This document shows positions 1 to 10,515 of a stretch of DNA of 64,000 nt, one piece after another; the first letter of the stretch is position 1, and the number at the start of each line of letters is the position of its first letter. The notes under the pieces were generated by a model. The model made no database searches, was not told where the DNA came from, and saw only the letters and a list, made by a program, of their open reading frames with translations. This DNA is from Alphaproteobacteria bacterium (GTDB lineage Bacteria > Pseudomonadota > Alphaproteobacteria > MPNO01 > UBA830): positions 352,001 to 416,000 of the forward strand of contig OZ219791.1 of NCBI GenBank assembly GCA_964291215.2, written 5' to 3'. The translations under genes and the position numbers were made by a program.

Positions 1-1
1 C

Positions 2-169
2 TCCGACGGTCTTCTCGGCGACGCGTTCCTCAACCTGTCGCCGGGAGGTTCCGACGACATGCTCGCCGCGGGCGGGGAAATCGAGATCACGCAGGGCTCC
101 GTGGACCTGATCTCACTGCTCGGCCGGGCGATGTTCAGCGGAACGGAGGACAATGGCAAGTCCGAGTAG
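2..169 (+). CDS. mlaD: MlaD/MCE outer-membrane lipid asymmetry protein, 3' part only
   Basis: Manual translation from base 2 gives SDGLLGDAFLNLSPGGSDDML...EITQGSVDLISLLG, the MlaD C-terminal signature; TAG at 167-169. Confidence 0.85.
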   Translation, partial: SDGLLGDAFLNLSPGGSDDMLAAGGEIEITQGSVDLISLLGRAMFSGTEDNGKSE

Positions 170-944
170 GGGCGGTGCGACGGCATCGCAGGCGCTGCAG
201 TCCTGGGACCCCGGCCGCTACGCCAGAAACGCCCGTTTCGTCGCCGATCTCGGAGAACCCCTGATCGCGCTGCTGGATCCGCGGCCCGGAGAGCGGATTC
301 TCGACATCGGTTGCGGCGACGGCGCGCTCACCCTCAAGCTCGCGGAGACGGGAGCCGCCGTGGTCGGAATCGACAGCGCCCCCGAACAGGTTCGCGCCGC
401 CCGTGCGCTCGGCCTCGACGCCCATGTCGCCGACGGACAGATCCTTGCCTTCGACGGCGAGTTCGACGGCATCCTGAGCAACGCGGCGCTTCACTGGATG
501 CGGCATGCCGACGCGGCCATAGACAGCATGTGGCGCGCGCTTCGCCCGGGCGGCAGGATCGCGGCCGAGATGGGCGGCAAAGGCAACGTCGCAACCATTC
601 ACGCCGCCCTCGTCGGCGAGCTGGAACGCCTCGGGATTGACGCAGCGGCCGCGGATCCGTGGTATTTCCCGACGGCCGCCGACTACCGGCAGCGCCTCGA
701 GGGTGCCGGTTTCCGGGTCGAGCGGATCGAGCTCCTTCCGCGTCCGACACCGCTGCCGGGAGAGCTCGCGGACTGGCTCCAGACGTTTGGCGAATCCTTC
801 TTTGCCGCGGCTCCCGCAGAACAGCAGCACGCCCTGATCGACAATGTCGTGCGGACGGCCGGGCCGGCGCTGCGCCAGGATGACGGCAGCTGGGTCGCGG
901 ACTATGTCCGCCTCCGCTTCCTTGCCGTGAAACCGCCGGAATGA
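153..944 (+). CDS. Class I SAM-dependent methyltransferase (Tam-like)
   Basis: ILDIGCGDG SAM-binding motif, SNAALHW and C-terminal ADYVRLRF. Confidence 0.85.
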   Translation: MASPSRGGATASQALQSWDPGRYARNARFVADLGEPLIALLDPRPGERILDIGCGDGALTLKLAETGAAVVGIDSAPEQVRAARALGLDAHVADGQILAFDGEFDGILSNAALHWMRHADAAIDSMWRALRPGGRIAAEMGGKGNVATIHAALVGELERLGIDAAAADPWYFPTAADYRQRLEGAGFRVERIELLPRPTPLPGELADWLQTFGESFFAAAPAEQQHALIDNVVRTAGPALRQDDGSWVADYVRLRFLAVKPPE

Positions 945-1384
945 TTCCCCCCTTGCATCCCCTTCACGGCCTCGTCCTCGCTGCAGCCCTCGCGGCGACT
1001 CCGGCACCGCCGGTGCCAGGCGTCGCGGTGCTGCAGGGACTCGACAAGATTACGGCGCGCGTCACCACCATAGAGGCGCCGCTTGGAACGGTCGTGCGCT
1101 TCGGGACCCTCGAGATTCTGGCGCGGCGCTGCCACAAGCGCCCGCCCGAGGAACCGCCCGAGAAGACGGCCTTTCTCGAGATCCGCGAACGGCGGCCCGG
1201 GGAACCGGCGGCGCGCCTCTTCTCGGGGTGGATGTTCGCCTCGAGCCCGGCTGTCTCGGCGCTCGAACACCCGGTCTACGACGTCTGGGTGGTCGATTGC
1301 AGAAACGCGGCGAGTTCCGACCTGTCAAGGGAGGGCTCGAAGGTCGCGGGCCGGTCGAGCGCTGCCGCCAGTCGCTGGCGGTAG
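941..1384 (+). CDS. DUF2155 domain protein
   Basis: [10 protein letters not shown]...[23 protein letters not shown]; usual neighbour of mlaD and aat in Alphaproteobacteria. Confidence 0.85.
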   Translation: MIPPLHPLHGLVLAAALAATPAPPVPGVAVLQGLDKITARVTTIEAPLGTVVRFGTLEILARRCHKRPPEEPPEKTAFLEIRERRPGEPAARLFSGWMFASSPAVSALEHPVYDVWVVDCRNAASSDLSREGSKVAGRSSAAASRWR

Positions 1385-1926
1385 CCCGCGCGCGAGACGG
1401 CAACAACCCCGAAACTGGCCAGATGGTCGGTGACGAACTGGGTGTCGAGCAGCATGAAACCGGCCTTGCAGAGCCGCGCAACGAGATGGACGAGAGCAAT
1501 CTTGCTAGCGTCGCGCGCACGGCTGAACATGCTTTCGCCGAAGAACGCGGCATTGAGCGCCACGCCGTAGAGCCCTCCCGCGAGCTCCCGCCCGTGCCAG
1601 ACCTCGACACTGTGGGCGCGCCCCATGCGGTTGAGTTCGACATAGAGTGAGATGATCTCGTCATTGATCCACGAATCGTCGCTGTATCCGCGGGGTTCGG
1701 CGCAGGCCCGTATCACGGATTCGAAGGCCGTGTCGCAACGGATCTCGTAGGGGCACGCGCGAACGGTCCGCCGCAGACGCCGCGAGACATGAAACGAGTC
1801 GAGCGGCAGGATGCCGCGAACCTCGGGGTCGACCCAGTAGAGGGTCGGATCGTCCCTCTGTTCGGCCATGGGGAACAGGCCAGCCGCGTAGGCGCGCAGA
1901 ACGACTTCGGGCGTCAGAACGGACAT
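1276..1926 (-). CDS. aat: Leucyl/phenylalanyl-tRNA--protein transferase
   Basis: [29 protein letters not shown] and LDTQF motifs. Confidence 0.95.
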   Translation of the reverse strand: MSVLTPEVVLRAYAAGLFPMAEQRDDPTLYWVDPEVRGILPLDSFHVSRRLRRTVRACPYEIRCDTAFESVIRACAEPRGYSDDSWINDEIISLYVELNRMGRAHSVEVWHGRELAGGLYGVALNAAFFGESMFSRARDASKIALVHLVARLCKAGFMLLDTQFVTDHLASFGVVAVSRAGYRQRLAAALDRPATFEPSLDRSELAAFLQSTTQTS

Positions 1927-1956
1927 CGCTGCCGTGCCGGCCGGTCGCCGGCCGCG

Positions 1957-3309
1957 TCAGGCCAGGCTGCCCCCGGCTCCAATGACCTTCTCCAGCCAGT
2001 GGATGTCGTAATTGCCATCCACGAAATCGCTATTCGCGATGATCCGCTGATGCAGCGGGATGGTGCTCCGTATCCCGCCGATCACGTATTCTTCAAGAGC
2101 CCGACGCAGCCGCATCAGGCATTCCTCCCGGTCGGTGCCGTGGACGATCAGCTTCGACACGAGGCTGTCGTAGTAGGGTGGTACCTCATAACCCGAATAC
2201 AGGCCGGAGTCGACGCGGACACCGAGTCCGCCGGGCGGATGGTAGTCGGTGACGCGCCCCGGAGAAGGAGCGAACGTCTCGGGATCCTCGGCATTGACGC
2301 GGCATTCGATGGCATGGCCAGAAAATGCGACATCGGACTGCGCTAGCGACAGCGGCTCGCCGGACGCGACCCTGATCTGTTCGCGCACAAGGTCGATGCC
2401 GGTGATCATTTCGGTGACCGGGTGTTCGACCTGGAGCCGGGTGTTCATCTCGATGAAGCTGAAAGCGCCATCCTCGTACAGGAACTCGATAGTCCCGGCG
2501 TTCCGGTAGCCTATGCGGCGCATGGCCTCGGCCGCGATTTCCCCGATTTCCTGGCGGCGCCTGTCATCGAGAACGGGTGATCGCGCCTCCTCGAGCACCT
2601 TCTGATGGCGGCGCTGCAGCGAGCAGTCACGCTCGCCGAGATGGATGGCGTTGCCATGGGCGTCGCCGAAGACCTGGATTTCGATATGGCGAGGGGTTTC
2701 GAGGCACTTCTCGACATAGACCTCGTCATTGCCGAAGCTGGCCCCGGCCTCGGCCCGTGCGACCGAGAAGGATTCCTCCAGCGCATCCGGCGAGCGCACG
2801 ATCTTTATGCCCCGGCCGCCGCCGCCAGCAGATGCCTTGATCAGGACCGGATAGCCGATGTCGTCGGCGATCTTGCGAGCCTCTTCGGTGGAAGCGACCC
2901 CGCCTCCAGATCCAGGGAGGACCGGAATGCCGGCTTCCGCAACAGCGTTGCGGGCGGCAATCTTGTCTCCCATCAGCGCGATGTGGTCCGATGACGGTCC
3001 GATGAATGCGAGGCCATGCTCTTCAAGTATCGCCGCAAAACCCGCGTTCTCGGAAAGGAAACCATATCCCGGATGCACCGCGTCCGCACCGACGACCATG
3101 GCCGCGGACACGATTGACGGTATGTTGAGGTAGCTGCCAGCGGCGGACGGCGGCCCGATGCACACGCTCTCGTCGGCAAGGCGCACATGCATCGCGTCGG
3201 CATCGGCGGTCGAATGGACGGCCACCGTCCGTATCCCCATCTCGCGACAGGTACGATGGATGCGAAGCGCGACCTCGCCACGATTGGCGATCAGGATCTT
3301 GTTTAACAT
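1957..3309 (-). CDS. accC: Acetyl-CoA carboxylase, biotin carboxylase subunit
   Basis: KILIANRGE, HPGYGFLSEN, ERDCSLQRRHQK and EMNTRLQVEH motifs. Confidence 0.97.
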   Translation of the reverse strand: MLNKILIANRGEVALRIHRTCREMGIRTVAVHSTADADAMHVRLADESVCIGPPSAAGSYLNIPSIVSAAMVVGADAVHPGYGFLSENAGFAAILEEHGLAFIGPSSDHIALMGDKIAARNAVAEAGIPVLPGSGGGVASTEEARKIADDIGYPVLIKASAGGGGRGIKIVRSPDALEESFSVARAEAGASFGNDEVYVEKCLETPRHIEIQVFGDAHGNAIHLGERDCSLQRRHQKVLEEARSPVLDDRRRQEIGEIAAEAMRRIGYRNAGTIEFLYEDGAFSFIEMNTRLQVEHPVTEMITGIDLVREQIRVASGEPLSLAQSDVAFSGHAIECRVNAEDPETFAPSPGRVTDYHPPGGLGVRVDSGLYSGYEVPPYYDSLVSKLIVHGTDREECLMRLRRALEEYVIGGIRSTIPLHQRIIANSDFVDGNYDIHWLEKVIGAGGSLA

Positions 3310-3338
3310 CTCGACGATTCGCGACCGCGCAGCCGGCC

Positions 3339-3785
3339 CTATTCGATGATCATGAGATCTTCGCCGAACTCGACCGGATCAGTGTCGCCGACGATTATGC
3401 GGGTCACCGTTCCGGCCCGTGGCGCGCGCACCGGATTGAACGTCTTCATCGCCTCGATCAGCGCAACCGTCTGCTGCTCGGTCACCGCGTCGCCGATCCT
3501 GACGAACGGATCGGCGCCGGGCTGCGGCGCCAGGTAGACGGTGCCCACCATCGGCGCCGTGACCGGAACTCCGGCAGCCTGAGGAGGATCGGGCGGCGGC
3601 AACGCCTCAGGCGGCGCAGCGACGACTGGCTGATCGGCAACCTCCCGGACGGGCCCGGCGGCACCACGCACAACGCGCACCCGCCGTCCGCCCGCCTCAT
3701 ACTCGATCTCGGTAAGGCCGGTCTCGCTCAGCAATCCGGCCAGCTTGCGCACGAGCGCGTCGTCAATGTCGAACTTGCCGGCCAT
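3339..3785 (-). CDS. accB: Biotin carboxyl carrier protein
   Basis: APMVGT and EAMK biotinylation motif. The ATG at 3785 overlaps the aroQ stop (TGATG); the longer ORF-track start is spurious. Confidence 0.95.
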   Translation of the reverse strand: MAGKFDIDDALVRKLAGLLSETGLTEIEYEAGGRRVRVVRGAAGPVREVADQPVVAAPPEALPPPDPPQAAGVPVTAPMVGTVYLAPQPGADPFVRIGDAVTEQQTVALIEAMKTFNPVRAPRAGTVTRIIVGDTDPVEFGEDLMIIE

Positions 3786-4243
3786 CAACCTTCCTCCCCA
3801 AGCCTGATCAGCTGAACCATCGCGTCGATCGCCAGAAGATAGCCCTGCGAACCGAACCCGGAAATCACGCCGACCGCCACCGCGGAGACATGGGAATGGC
3901 TGCGGAACGAGTCGCGGCGATAGATGTTCGAGAGGTGCACTTCGACCACGGGAAGCGCGGTGAGCGCAAGCGCATCCATGATGGCCACGGACGTGTGGGT
4001 GTAGGCTGCCGGGTTGATGATGATGCCCGTCGCCGAATCCCGGGCATGCTGGATCCAGTCGACAAGCTCGGCTTCGCTGTTGCTCTGCCGGAAATCGACC
4101 TCGACCTCTGCAGCGCGTGCGCGGGCAAGGCAAGCCTTCCGAATATCGTCGAGCGTCTGATGCCCGTAGATTTCGGGTTCGCGAACTCCAAGCATGTTGA
4201 GGTTCGGACCGTTCAGCACAAGAATTCGAGGTGATGGCGTCAC
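3785..4243 (-). CDS. aroQ: Type II 3-dehydroquinate dehydratase
   Basis: [25 protein letters not shown] and EVHLSN motifs; start codon approximate. Confidence 0.95.
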   Translation of the reverse strand: MTPSPRILVLNGPNLNMLGVREPEIYGHQTLDDIRKACLARARAAEVEVDFRQSNSEAELVDWIQHARDSATGIIINPAAYTHTSVAIMDALALTALPVVEVHLSNIYRRDSFRSHSHVSAVAVGVISGFGSQGYLLAIDAMVQLIRLGEEG

Positions 4244-4543
4244 ATCGTCTCCCGTGGTCCCGGCAGGGAACGCGGCCGGGCATATGCCGGAGACGACAAG
4301 CCTTATAAACCGGTTCCGGTTGCGACGGACCGTCACCACGACAGGAGAAGGCAGCGGGATTTCCCCCTCCGGCCGCAGGGAATGCGTGCGGAGTATACCG
4401 CCCGCGAACCGAATCTAGCAAGAATCGGGGCCCCGCCCGCACGACAATCTCACGCCAGGTTTGTTGGAAGGTTTGGTGCCGTTTTTTTCCGGATGATTCG
4501 CATTTTCGCTGGCTTTTTGTGAAGCGGTGTAGTATCCGTTGTC

Positions 4544-6283
4544 GTGATGGAAGAGGCAGCGGATTTTTTTGAGACGACTCTGGAGGGTTTTGCGCTCCGG
4601 GATGTGGTTGTGCGCCTTGCGCGGCCTGATGAGGTATGTCGCTGGAATCGTGTCGTTGACCGTCATCACTATCTTGGTTTCAAGCAGTTTGCCGGTCGAG
4701 GTCTGCGCTACGTGTTCACTTGGCGCGGGCGGTGGATTGGCGCTGCGGGCTGGCAGACGGGCGCCTTCAGCTGTGCGCCGCGGGACCGTTGGATTGGCTG
4801 GCGCCGCGAGGAACAGTTTGAGCGGTTGCACCTGATCGGAAACAACACGAGGTTTGTTGTTCTTGGTGGTCGCCGAGTGTTTCCGAGCCTTGCCTCGTTT
4901 GCGTTGTCGCGGATGGTGCGGCGTCTCAGCGGCGACTGGGAGGCTGCGTACGGCAATCCGTTGCTTGTTGCGGAGTCGTTTGTCTCGCCGACGAAGTTCA
5001 GCGGCGCCATGTACAAGGCGGCGAGCTGGGAGTGCGTTGGCAGAAGCAAGGGTTATGCGCGCGCCAGCGGGCGCTATACCGACCGGCACGGGGAGGCGAA
5101 GGATCTTTACGTGTTTCCGCTGCGTCGTGACGCCTGTCGTCGGCTGCGGGATCGTTCGCCGCTTCCTGCGGCGTGGGAGTTGCGGGCGACGCTGAGCGGC
5201 CGGTCGGCGCGGGAGTTGCGCTCGATTTATCAGCATTTTGCGGCGCTTTCCGACTTCCGGCGCGCGCAGGGGCGCAAGCACCCCGTCGCCTCGGTACTGT
5301 GCGTGATTTTGCTGGCGCGGCTTGCAAACCGGCACGGCGCGGTTGCGGCGGCGCGCTACGCGAAAGCGATGACGCAGAAGGAGCTGGCGCAGATCGGCGC
5401 GTGGAAGAACAGGGACACCGGCAGGTATGAGCCGGTCTCCAAATCGACCGTGCACCGGGTGCTGCAGAACACCGACCCGGGATGGATCGAGGATGCTCTG
5501 CAGCCTTGGGTGCAGCCGCGCCTGCAGGTCGGCAACGCGATCGCGGTCGACGGCAAGCGCGGCCGCACCGGCGAGGATCATTACGAGACGGTCTCGCTGA
5601 TCGAGCACGGGACCGATATGCCGGTCTCGATCCTCAACTGTCACGACGGGGAGATCGCTGCCGTCCACGCCGCGCTCGAGACGGCGCCGGTTGCCGGCCG
5701 TCTGCTCACCCTCGACGCGCTCCACACCACCCGCGAGACCGCGCGGCTGATCGTCGAGACTCATCGCGCGGACTGGATGATGACGGTCAAGGGCAACGCG
5801 CCCGAAACCTTCAAGACCTTCGAGAGCATCAACTGGAAGACCGTGAGCACGGGGCGCTATAGCGAAAAGCCCGCGCATGGCCGCCAGCGCACCATCGAGG
5901 TCTTCACCCCGCTGGCGAAGATGATCAACTATCCCCACGTCAAGCAGATCTTCCGCGTCACCCGGCACATCGAATTCAGGAAATCCGGAAAACGGACAAC
6001 CGAGCAGGCCTACGGCATGACCTCGGTCGAGGCCGATCGCGCCTCGCCGCAACAGTTGCTCGGATGGAATCGCGGACACCGGGGGGTCGAGAGCCATCAT
6101 CATGTCCGCGACGCCACCTTCCACGAAGACGACTCCATGCTCCGGACCGGCAACGCGCCCGCAAATAACGCGATCACCCTCGCAATCGCCGTCATCATCC
6201 ACAACAAGCTGCGCAAACCCTTCAACAGCTTCGTCGACACCACCATGGCGACAAGCGCAAGCAGGTCCTGCACGCAATCATGA
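4544..6283 (+). mobile_element. ISAs1-family transposase with an N-terminal DUF4338 (DruA-like) domain; ORF open but motifs shortened
   Basis: N-half HHYLG...RD.WIGW...NNTRF...NLAS-like and ESFV motifs (DUF4338); C-half DFRRAQG.KH, AVDGK, TLDALHT, VKGN and RDATFHED motifs (ISAs1 DDE). Confidence 0.8.
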
Positions 6284-6293
6284 GATCCGGCTG

Positions 6294-6877
6294 ACCGCGC
6301 CTCTCTCCCCGACAGAAACCGCAAGCTTTCGAGCCCGGCAACCAAGGCCTCTCGCTCGCCCCGGATACGCCGACCAATCGCGCCCCGCGCTGCAACAGCG
6401 CGTCAGCAAATCTCAAAATCGCAGCTTCGAACGCGTCGACCCGCGCCGCGATCAGGACTCCGATCACATCACATCAACAAGCATGAGATCATCTTGCCCC
6501 GCCCGCCTACACCGCCGGGCCGGGATTCGACGGCCCGTTTCGAACGCTTCGTCCGCCGGGAGAGCGTGCAACCCAGAGAGTCGGCGCACCCCCGGATCGG
6601 AGTCGCAACCTGCATAACTCGCCGCGCAGAAACGACGCGCGGAGAGTCCCGGGATCGTGACGGCCCGACTCCGCATCCCCCTTGTCCTGCCGGCGATCCG
6701 ACGGGCTGTCCGGTTCGGCGATCCATGACCATGGACAGGCGCCCGTGGTCCGGTTCTGGACAGGAGGGCGTCGCCCCGCGGCACCTCGTCCGGACACGGC
6801 GGGCGACCGGTTCGGTGCCCAGACACGTAGTGGCGCGCCCGCGGCGATCATCCGATTCCAGCCTTGAACCGCACTAG
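6294..6877 (-). pseudogene. Heavily eroded IS remnant (possibly IS5 family) that appears to host the ISAs1 element
   Basis: No coherent ORF; fragments resemble RTGCPW and HLLVD motifs; the rare tetramer CTAG flanks the whole 4415-6877 block. Confidence 0.35.
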
Positions 6878-6965
6878 GCAAGAGTTGCACGCGGGAGGCT
6901 TTGCGTACGGGCCGGACAGGGATTAGAACCCTCGTTCCTGCCCTGATCCAAGGCGGTGGCGGCGC

Positions 6966-8102
6966 ATGGCCCTTACAGAGAAACTCCGGAAATTCCTGCT
7001 GCGCCGGGACATCGACACGCCGTATCTGGCGGTCGATCTCGACATTGTCGAAGCGCGCTACCTGGCGCTGTCAGGCATCCTCGCCCCTGCCGACATCTAC
7101 TACGCGGTCAAGGCCAACCCCGCCACGGAGATCCTCGTGCGGCTACGGGATCTCGGTGCGCATTTCGACGCTGCCAGCATGCTGGAGATCCGCCAGTGCC
7201 TTGAGGCCGGAATCCCGCCTGGGCGAATCGCGTTCGGCAACAGCGCCAAGAAGGCGCGCGACATCGCCGAGGCCCGCGAACGGAACATCGACCTGTTTGC
7301 CTATGACAGCCGGGCGGAGATGCAGAAGCTGGCGGCGACGGCGCCCGGCGCGCGGGTCTATTGCCGCATCTTCATGGAACCCGATGGCGCGGAATGGCCG
7401 CTGTCGCGGAAATTCGGCTGTCCGGCCGACAGCGCCGCAGATATTCTCGAGGAAGCGGGCCAACTCGGGCTCAAGCCGGCCGGCGTGTCGTTTCATGTCG
7501 GATCGCAACAGAGATTTCCCGCGCGCTGGGATGTCGGAATCGCGCGGGCCGCGCGGATATTCTCGGAACTGGAACGCCGCGGAATCGTACTTGAGCTGCT
7601 CAATATCGGAGGTGGATTTCCTGCCCGCTATCGCGACGAGGTTCCGCCCCTGTCCGCGTACGGGAACGGTATCCGCGCATCACTGGCACACCATTTCGGA
7701 GACCGCATGCCGCGCATCATCGCCGAGCCAGGCCGCGGCATCGTCGGCGACGCCGGGGTCATCCAGACCGAAATAGTCCTGATCGCCGAAAGATCGCGGG
7801 AACCGGACCGGCGTTGGATATTTCTCGATGTCGGCAAGTTCGGAGGTCTCGCAGAGACTTTCAACGAGTCGATCCGTTACCGGATCAGGACTCCGCATGA
7901 CGGCGGTCCCGCGGCGCCGGCCGTCCTCGCCGGTCCCACCTGCGACGAGGTCGATGTGCTCTACGAAGCCTCCAACTATACCATGCCGACGGCACTCGGA
8001 ACGGGAGACCGAATCGAAATTCTCGCCACCGGAGCCTATACCTCAACCTATGCGTCGGTCGGATTCAACGGTTTTCCGCCGCTCGGCGAATACTACATCT
8101 GA
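6966..8102 (+). CDS. Type III PLP-dependent ornithine/lysine decarboxylase
   Basis: YAVKANP (PLP lysine), SRKFG, SFHVGSQ, NIGGGFP, EPGR and GPTCD motifs. Confidence 0.92.
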   Translation: MALTEKLRKFLLRRDIDTPYLAVDLDIVEARYLALSGILAPADIYYAVKANPATEILVRLRDLGAHFDAASMLEIRQCLEAGIPPGRIAFGNSAKKARDIAEARERNIDLFAYDSRAEMQKLAATAPGARVYCRIFMEPDGAEWPLSRKFGCPADSAADILEEAGQLGLKPAGVSFHVGSQQRFPARWDVGIARAARIFSELERRGIVLELLNIGGGFPARYRDEVPPLSAYGNGIRASLAHHFGDRMPRIIAEPGRGIVGDAGVIQTEIVLIAERSREPDRRWIFLDVGKFGGLAETFNESIRYRIRTPHDGGPAAPAVLAGPTCDEVDVLYEASNYTMPTALGTGDRIEILATGAYTSTYASVGFNGFPPLGEYYI

Positions 8103-8213
8103 ACGGCCGCACGGAACGCGAAGACCCGAATGAGCCGCGCGGCAGCACTGGAACCGGCATCGGCAGCGGCCTATCGTGCCCCTGCCAAAGCCATGCAAAA
8201 CGGGGAAACATTG

Positions 8214-8852
8214 ATGAAGCTCTACGGATTCTCGCGCTCGTCGGCAGCCTTCCGCGTGCGTATCGCGGTCAACCTCAAGAAGCTGGACTGCGAACATGTC
8301 TCGATCAGCCTGCCGGACGGCAACCAGTTCAGCGACGACTACACGGCGATCAATCCCCAGGGCCGCGTACCCACCCTGGCCGACGGCGGTCTGGTTCTGT
8401 TCCAGTCGATGGCGATCCTGGAATATCTCGACGAACGCTATCCCGAACCGGCGTTTCTGCCCCGGGATTCCGCCGGCCGGGCGCGGGTGAGGGGACTGGC
8501 CAACATTGTCGCCTGCGACATACACCCCCTGAACAATCTCGAAGTTCTCAAGTTCCTCGGCGCCGAGCTCGGGCAGGACAGGCAGGCCGTGGACGTCACA
8601 TGGTACCATCACTGGATCGCCCGCGGGCTGCGGACGATCGAGACTCACCTTGCCGGCGACCACGCCACGGGAACATTCTGCTATGGCGACAGCCCCGGGC
8701 TGGCAGACATCTGCCTCGTGCCGCAGGTTTTCAATGCCCAGCGCTATAAGTGCGACCTTGCCGGCTATCCGAAGCTGATGTCGGTCTTCGAAGCCTGCAT
8801 GGCTCTGGAGGCGTTCGACCGCGCGCAGCCGTCGAAACAGACGGACGCCTGA
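8214..8852 (+). CDS. maiA: Maleylacetoacetate isomerase (GST zeta class)
   Basis: RSSAAFRVRIA.NLK, NPQGRVP, DIHPLNNL and ADICLVPQVFNA motifs. Confidence 0.9.
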   Translation: MKLYGFSRSSAAFRVRIAVNLKKLDCEHVSISLPDGNQFSDDYTAINPQGRVPTLADGGLVLFQSMAILEYLDERYPEPAFLPRDSAGRARVRGLANIVACDIHPLNNLEVLKFLGAELGQDRQAVDVTWYHHWIARGLRTIETHLAGDHATGTFCYGDSPGLADICLVPQVFNAQRYKCDLAGYPKLMSVFEACMALEAFDRAQPSKQTDA

Positions 8853-8972
8853 TCCCGGGCGGGCGCACAAACATCGCGGAACCCGCCGACGGCACCGGAC
8901 AAAAGACGCATCACCCCTACGGTTCGAAGCCTGCCGTCTGCGCTCTGCAGCGTTGAGGCCAACACCCGGTCC

Positions 8973-10394
8973 TTATTCGGGAGCAGCCCGCCCTCTTCCG
9001 GCAGCCGGATCGACATAGCTTAGAATGTCCCCGGCCCGGACCCGCCCCGGGGATCCCTTCGCGAGCAGGCGCTCGGCCTTGCGGGCGTAGTTGCCGGCTT
9101 CCTTGCCGCGCCCGAGAAGCAGCGCGTGTTCGGCCGACGACAGCGCCGACAGCCCGAAGCGGCCCGTGCGGCCGTAAGCGATCGCCGACAATCTCCAAGC
9201 CGACACCATTGTCGGCTCCGCACGAAGGACGGTCCCGAGATTCGCTATCGCCTTTTCCATCAGTTCAGGATGGCCCAGTTCGATATAGACCCGGGCAAGG
9301 CCGACCTGGATCAATGGCTGATTCGGAATCAGCTTCAACGCGTTTTCGTAGGCCCAGCGCGCTTCCGGGAGCCGCCCATTCTCGAACAGCACCTGTCCCC
9401 GCAATTCCCGGAAGTACGGGTCATCCGGCAATTCGCCAGCAAGCCCGTCGATCAGGCCCAGCGCCTTGTCGGTCTCGCCCGCGCGATAGAACGCGATCGC
9501 CCGGGCGTAGCGCGCCTCGATAGTGAGGTCGGTCTCGGCGTATTTGCGCAGCGTCCGCCGGGGCTCATCCAGGAAGCCTGTGAGCTTGGCGACCATGCGA
9601 CCGTGGGCGGCCCGCTCGCCAGGCCGGGCCGGCGCATCGGCAAACGGCGATCGTGCAAGATGGTTGTGGACAAAAGTGATCCTGTCGCGCGTGAGCGGGT
9701 GGGTCCGGAGATAGGGGTCCTGCAGGTTCGGCGCCAGCAGCTCCTGCTTCTCAAGCACCTCGAACAGCTCGAGGAGACCACGCGAGGATGTTTTCGTCCC
9801 GTCAAGGAGATCAACGGCAACCTGATCAGCGGAATTTTCCTGCACGCGGGTGAATTTTCTGAGGCTGCGCTCGGTGATGTCGGCGCCCAGGAGCAGGCTG
9901 GCCATAACCGCGTCGGGCCGGCCGGCGACGGCGCCGAGCGCTCCGCCCACGAGGGACCCCAGCGCGCCCTTCGCCAGCGCCCCCTGCGATTCGATGCGCA
10001 GCCGCGCCAGATGCCCCCCGGAGATATGGCCGATTTCGTGGGCGATCACTCCCTTGACCTGGCCGGGATGGCGGGCGCGCATGAGGAGGCCGGTGGTCAG
10101 AAAGATGCGTTTGCCACCGCTGACGAACGCGTTGATCTTCGGGTTCCTGATGATGTGAAGACGGATCTCGTCCTTTCGGAAACCGGCTTGCCTGGCAAGT
10201 GGCCAAGCCCACTGGTCTATGGTATTTTCAATTTCCGCGTCCCGGATCAGCCCCTGTCCGGAGCTCGGCATCACCATCAACGGCGTCATGAGGCTCGCCA
10301 CCAGCACCGGGGCGGCTCTTGATACGATCCTGTGCACCGGTTTGGCCCGTTTCCCGCAATCAGTGAGGCTGCGAAACAGTGCAGACCCTGCCAA
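8973..10394 (-). CDS. M48 metalloprotease with TPR repeats (BepA-like)
   Basis: INAF, HEIGH zinc motif, YLRTHP and TPR-like C-half; true start probably further downstream. Confidence 0.88.
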   Translation of the reverse strand: MAGSALFRSLTDCGKRAKPVHRIVSRAAPVLVASLMTPLMVMPSSGQGLIRDAEIENTIDQWAWPLARQAGFRKDEIRLHIIRNPKINAFVSGGKRIFLTTGLLMRARHPGQVKGVIAHEIGHISGGHLARLRIESQGALAKGALGSLVGGALGAVAGRPDAVMASLLLGADITERSLRKFTRVQENSADQVAVDLLDGTKTSSRGLLELFEVLEKQELLAPNLQDPYLRTHPLTRDRITFVHNHLARSPFADAPARPGERAAHGRMVAKLTGFLDEPRRTLRKYAETDLTIEARYARAIAFYRAGETDKALGLIDGLAGELPDDPYFRELRGQVLFENGRLPEARWAYENALKLIPNQPLIQVGLARVYIELGHPELMEKAIANLGTVLRAEPTMVSAWRLSAIAYGRTGRFGLSALSSAEHALLLGRGKEAGNYARKAERLLAKGSPGRVRAGDILSYVDPAAGRGRAAPE

Positions 10395-10515
10395 ACCTAT
10401 GTAGGAACTCTACAGCGGCGGGTCAAATTTGCCCGCCCGGCCATATCGGTCGCCAGCGGCAAGACGCGGAGGCCCGGGCCGGCGCGGCGGCGCTCTTCCT
10501 GACCGAGCGATCGTC

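Noticed and set aside
3339-4442. Apparent 367-aa extended AccB
   Set aside because: The extension is an alternative frame of aroQ; the real start is at 3785.
4415-6277. 620-aa minus-strand ORF
   Set aside because: Antisense shadow of the transposase.
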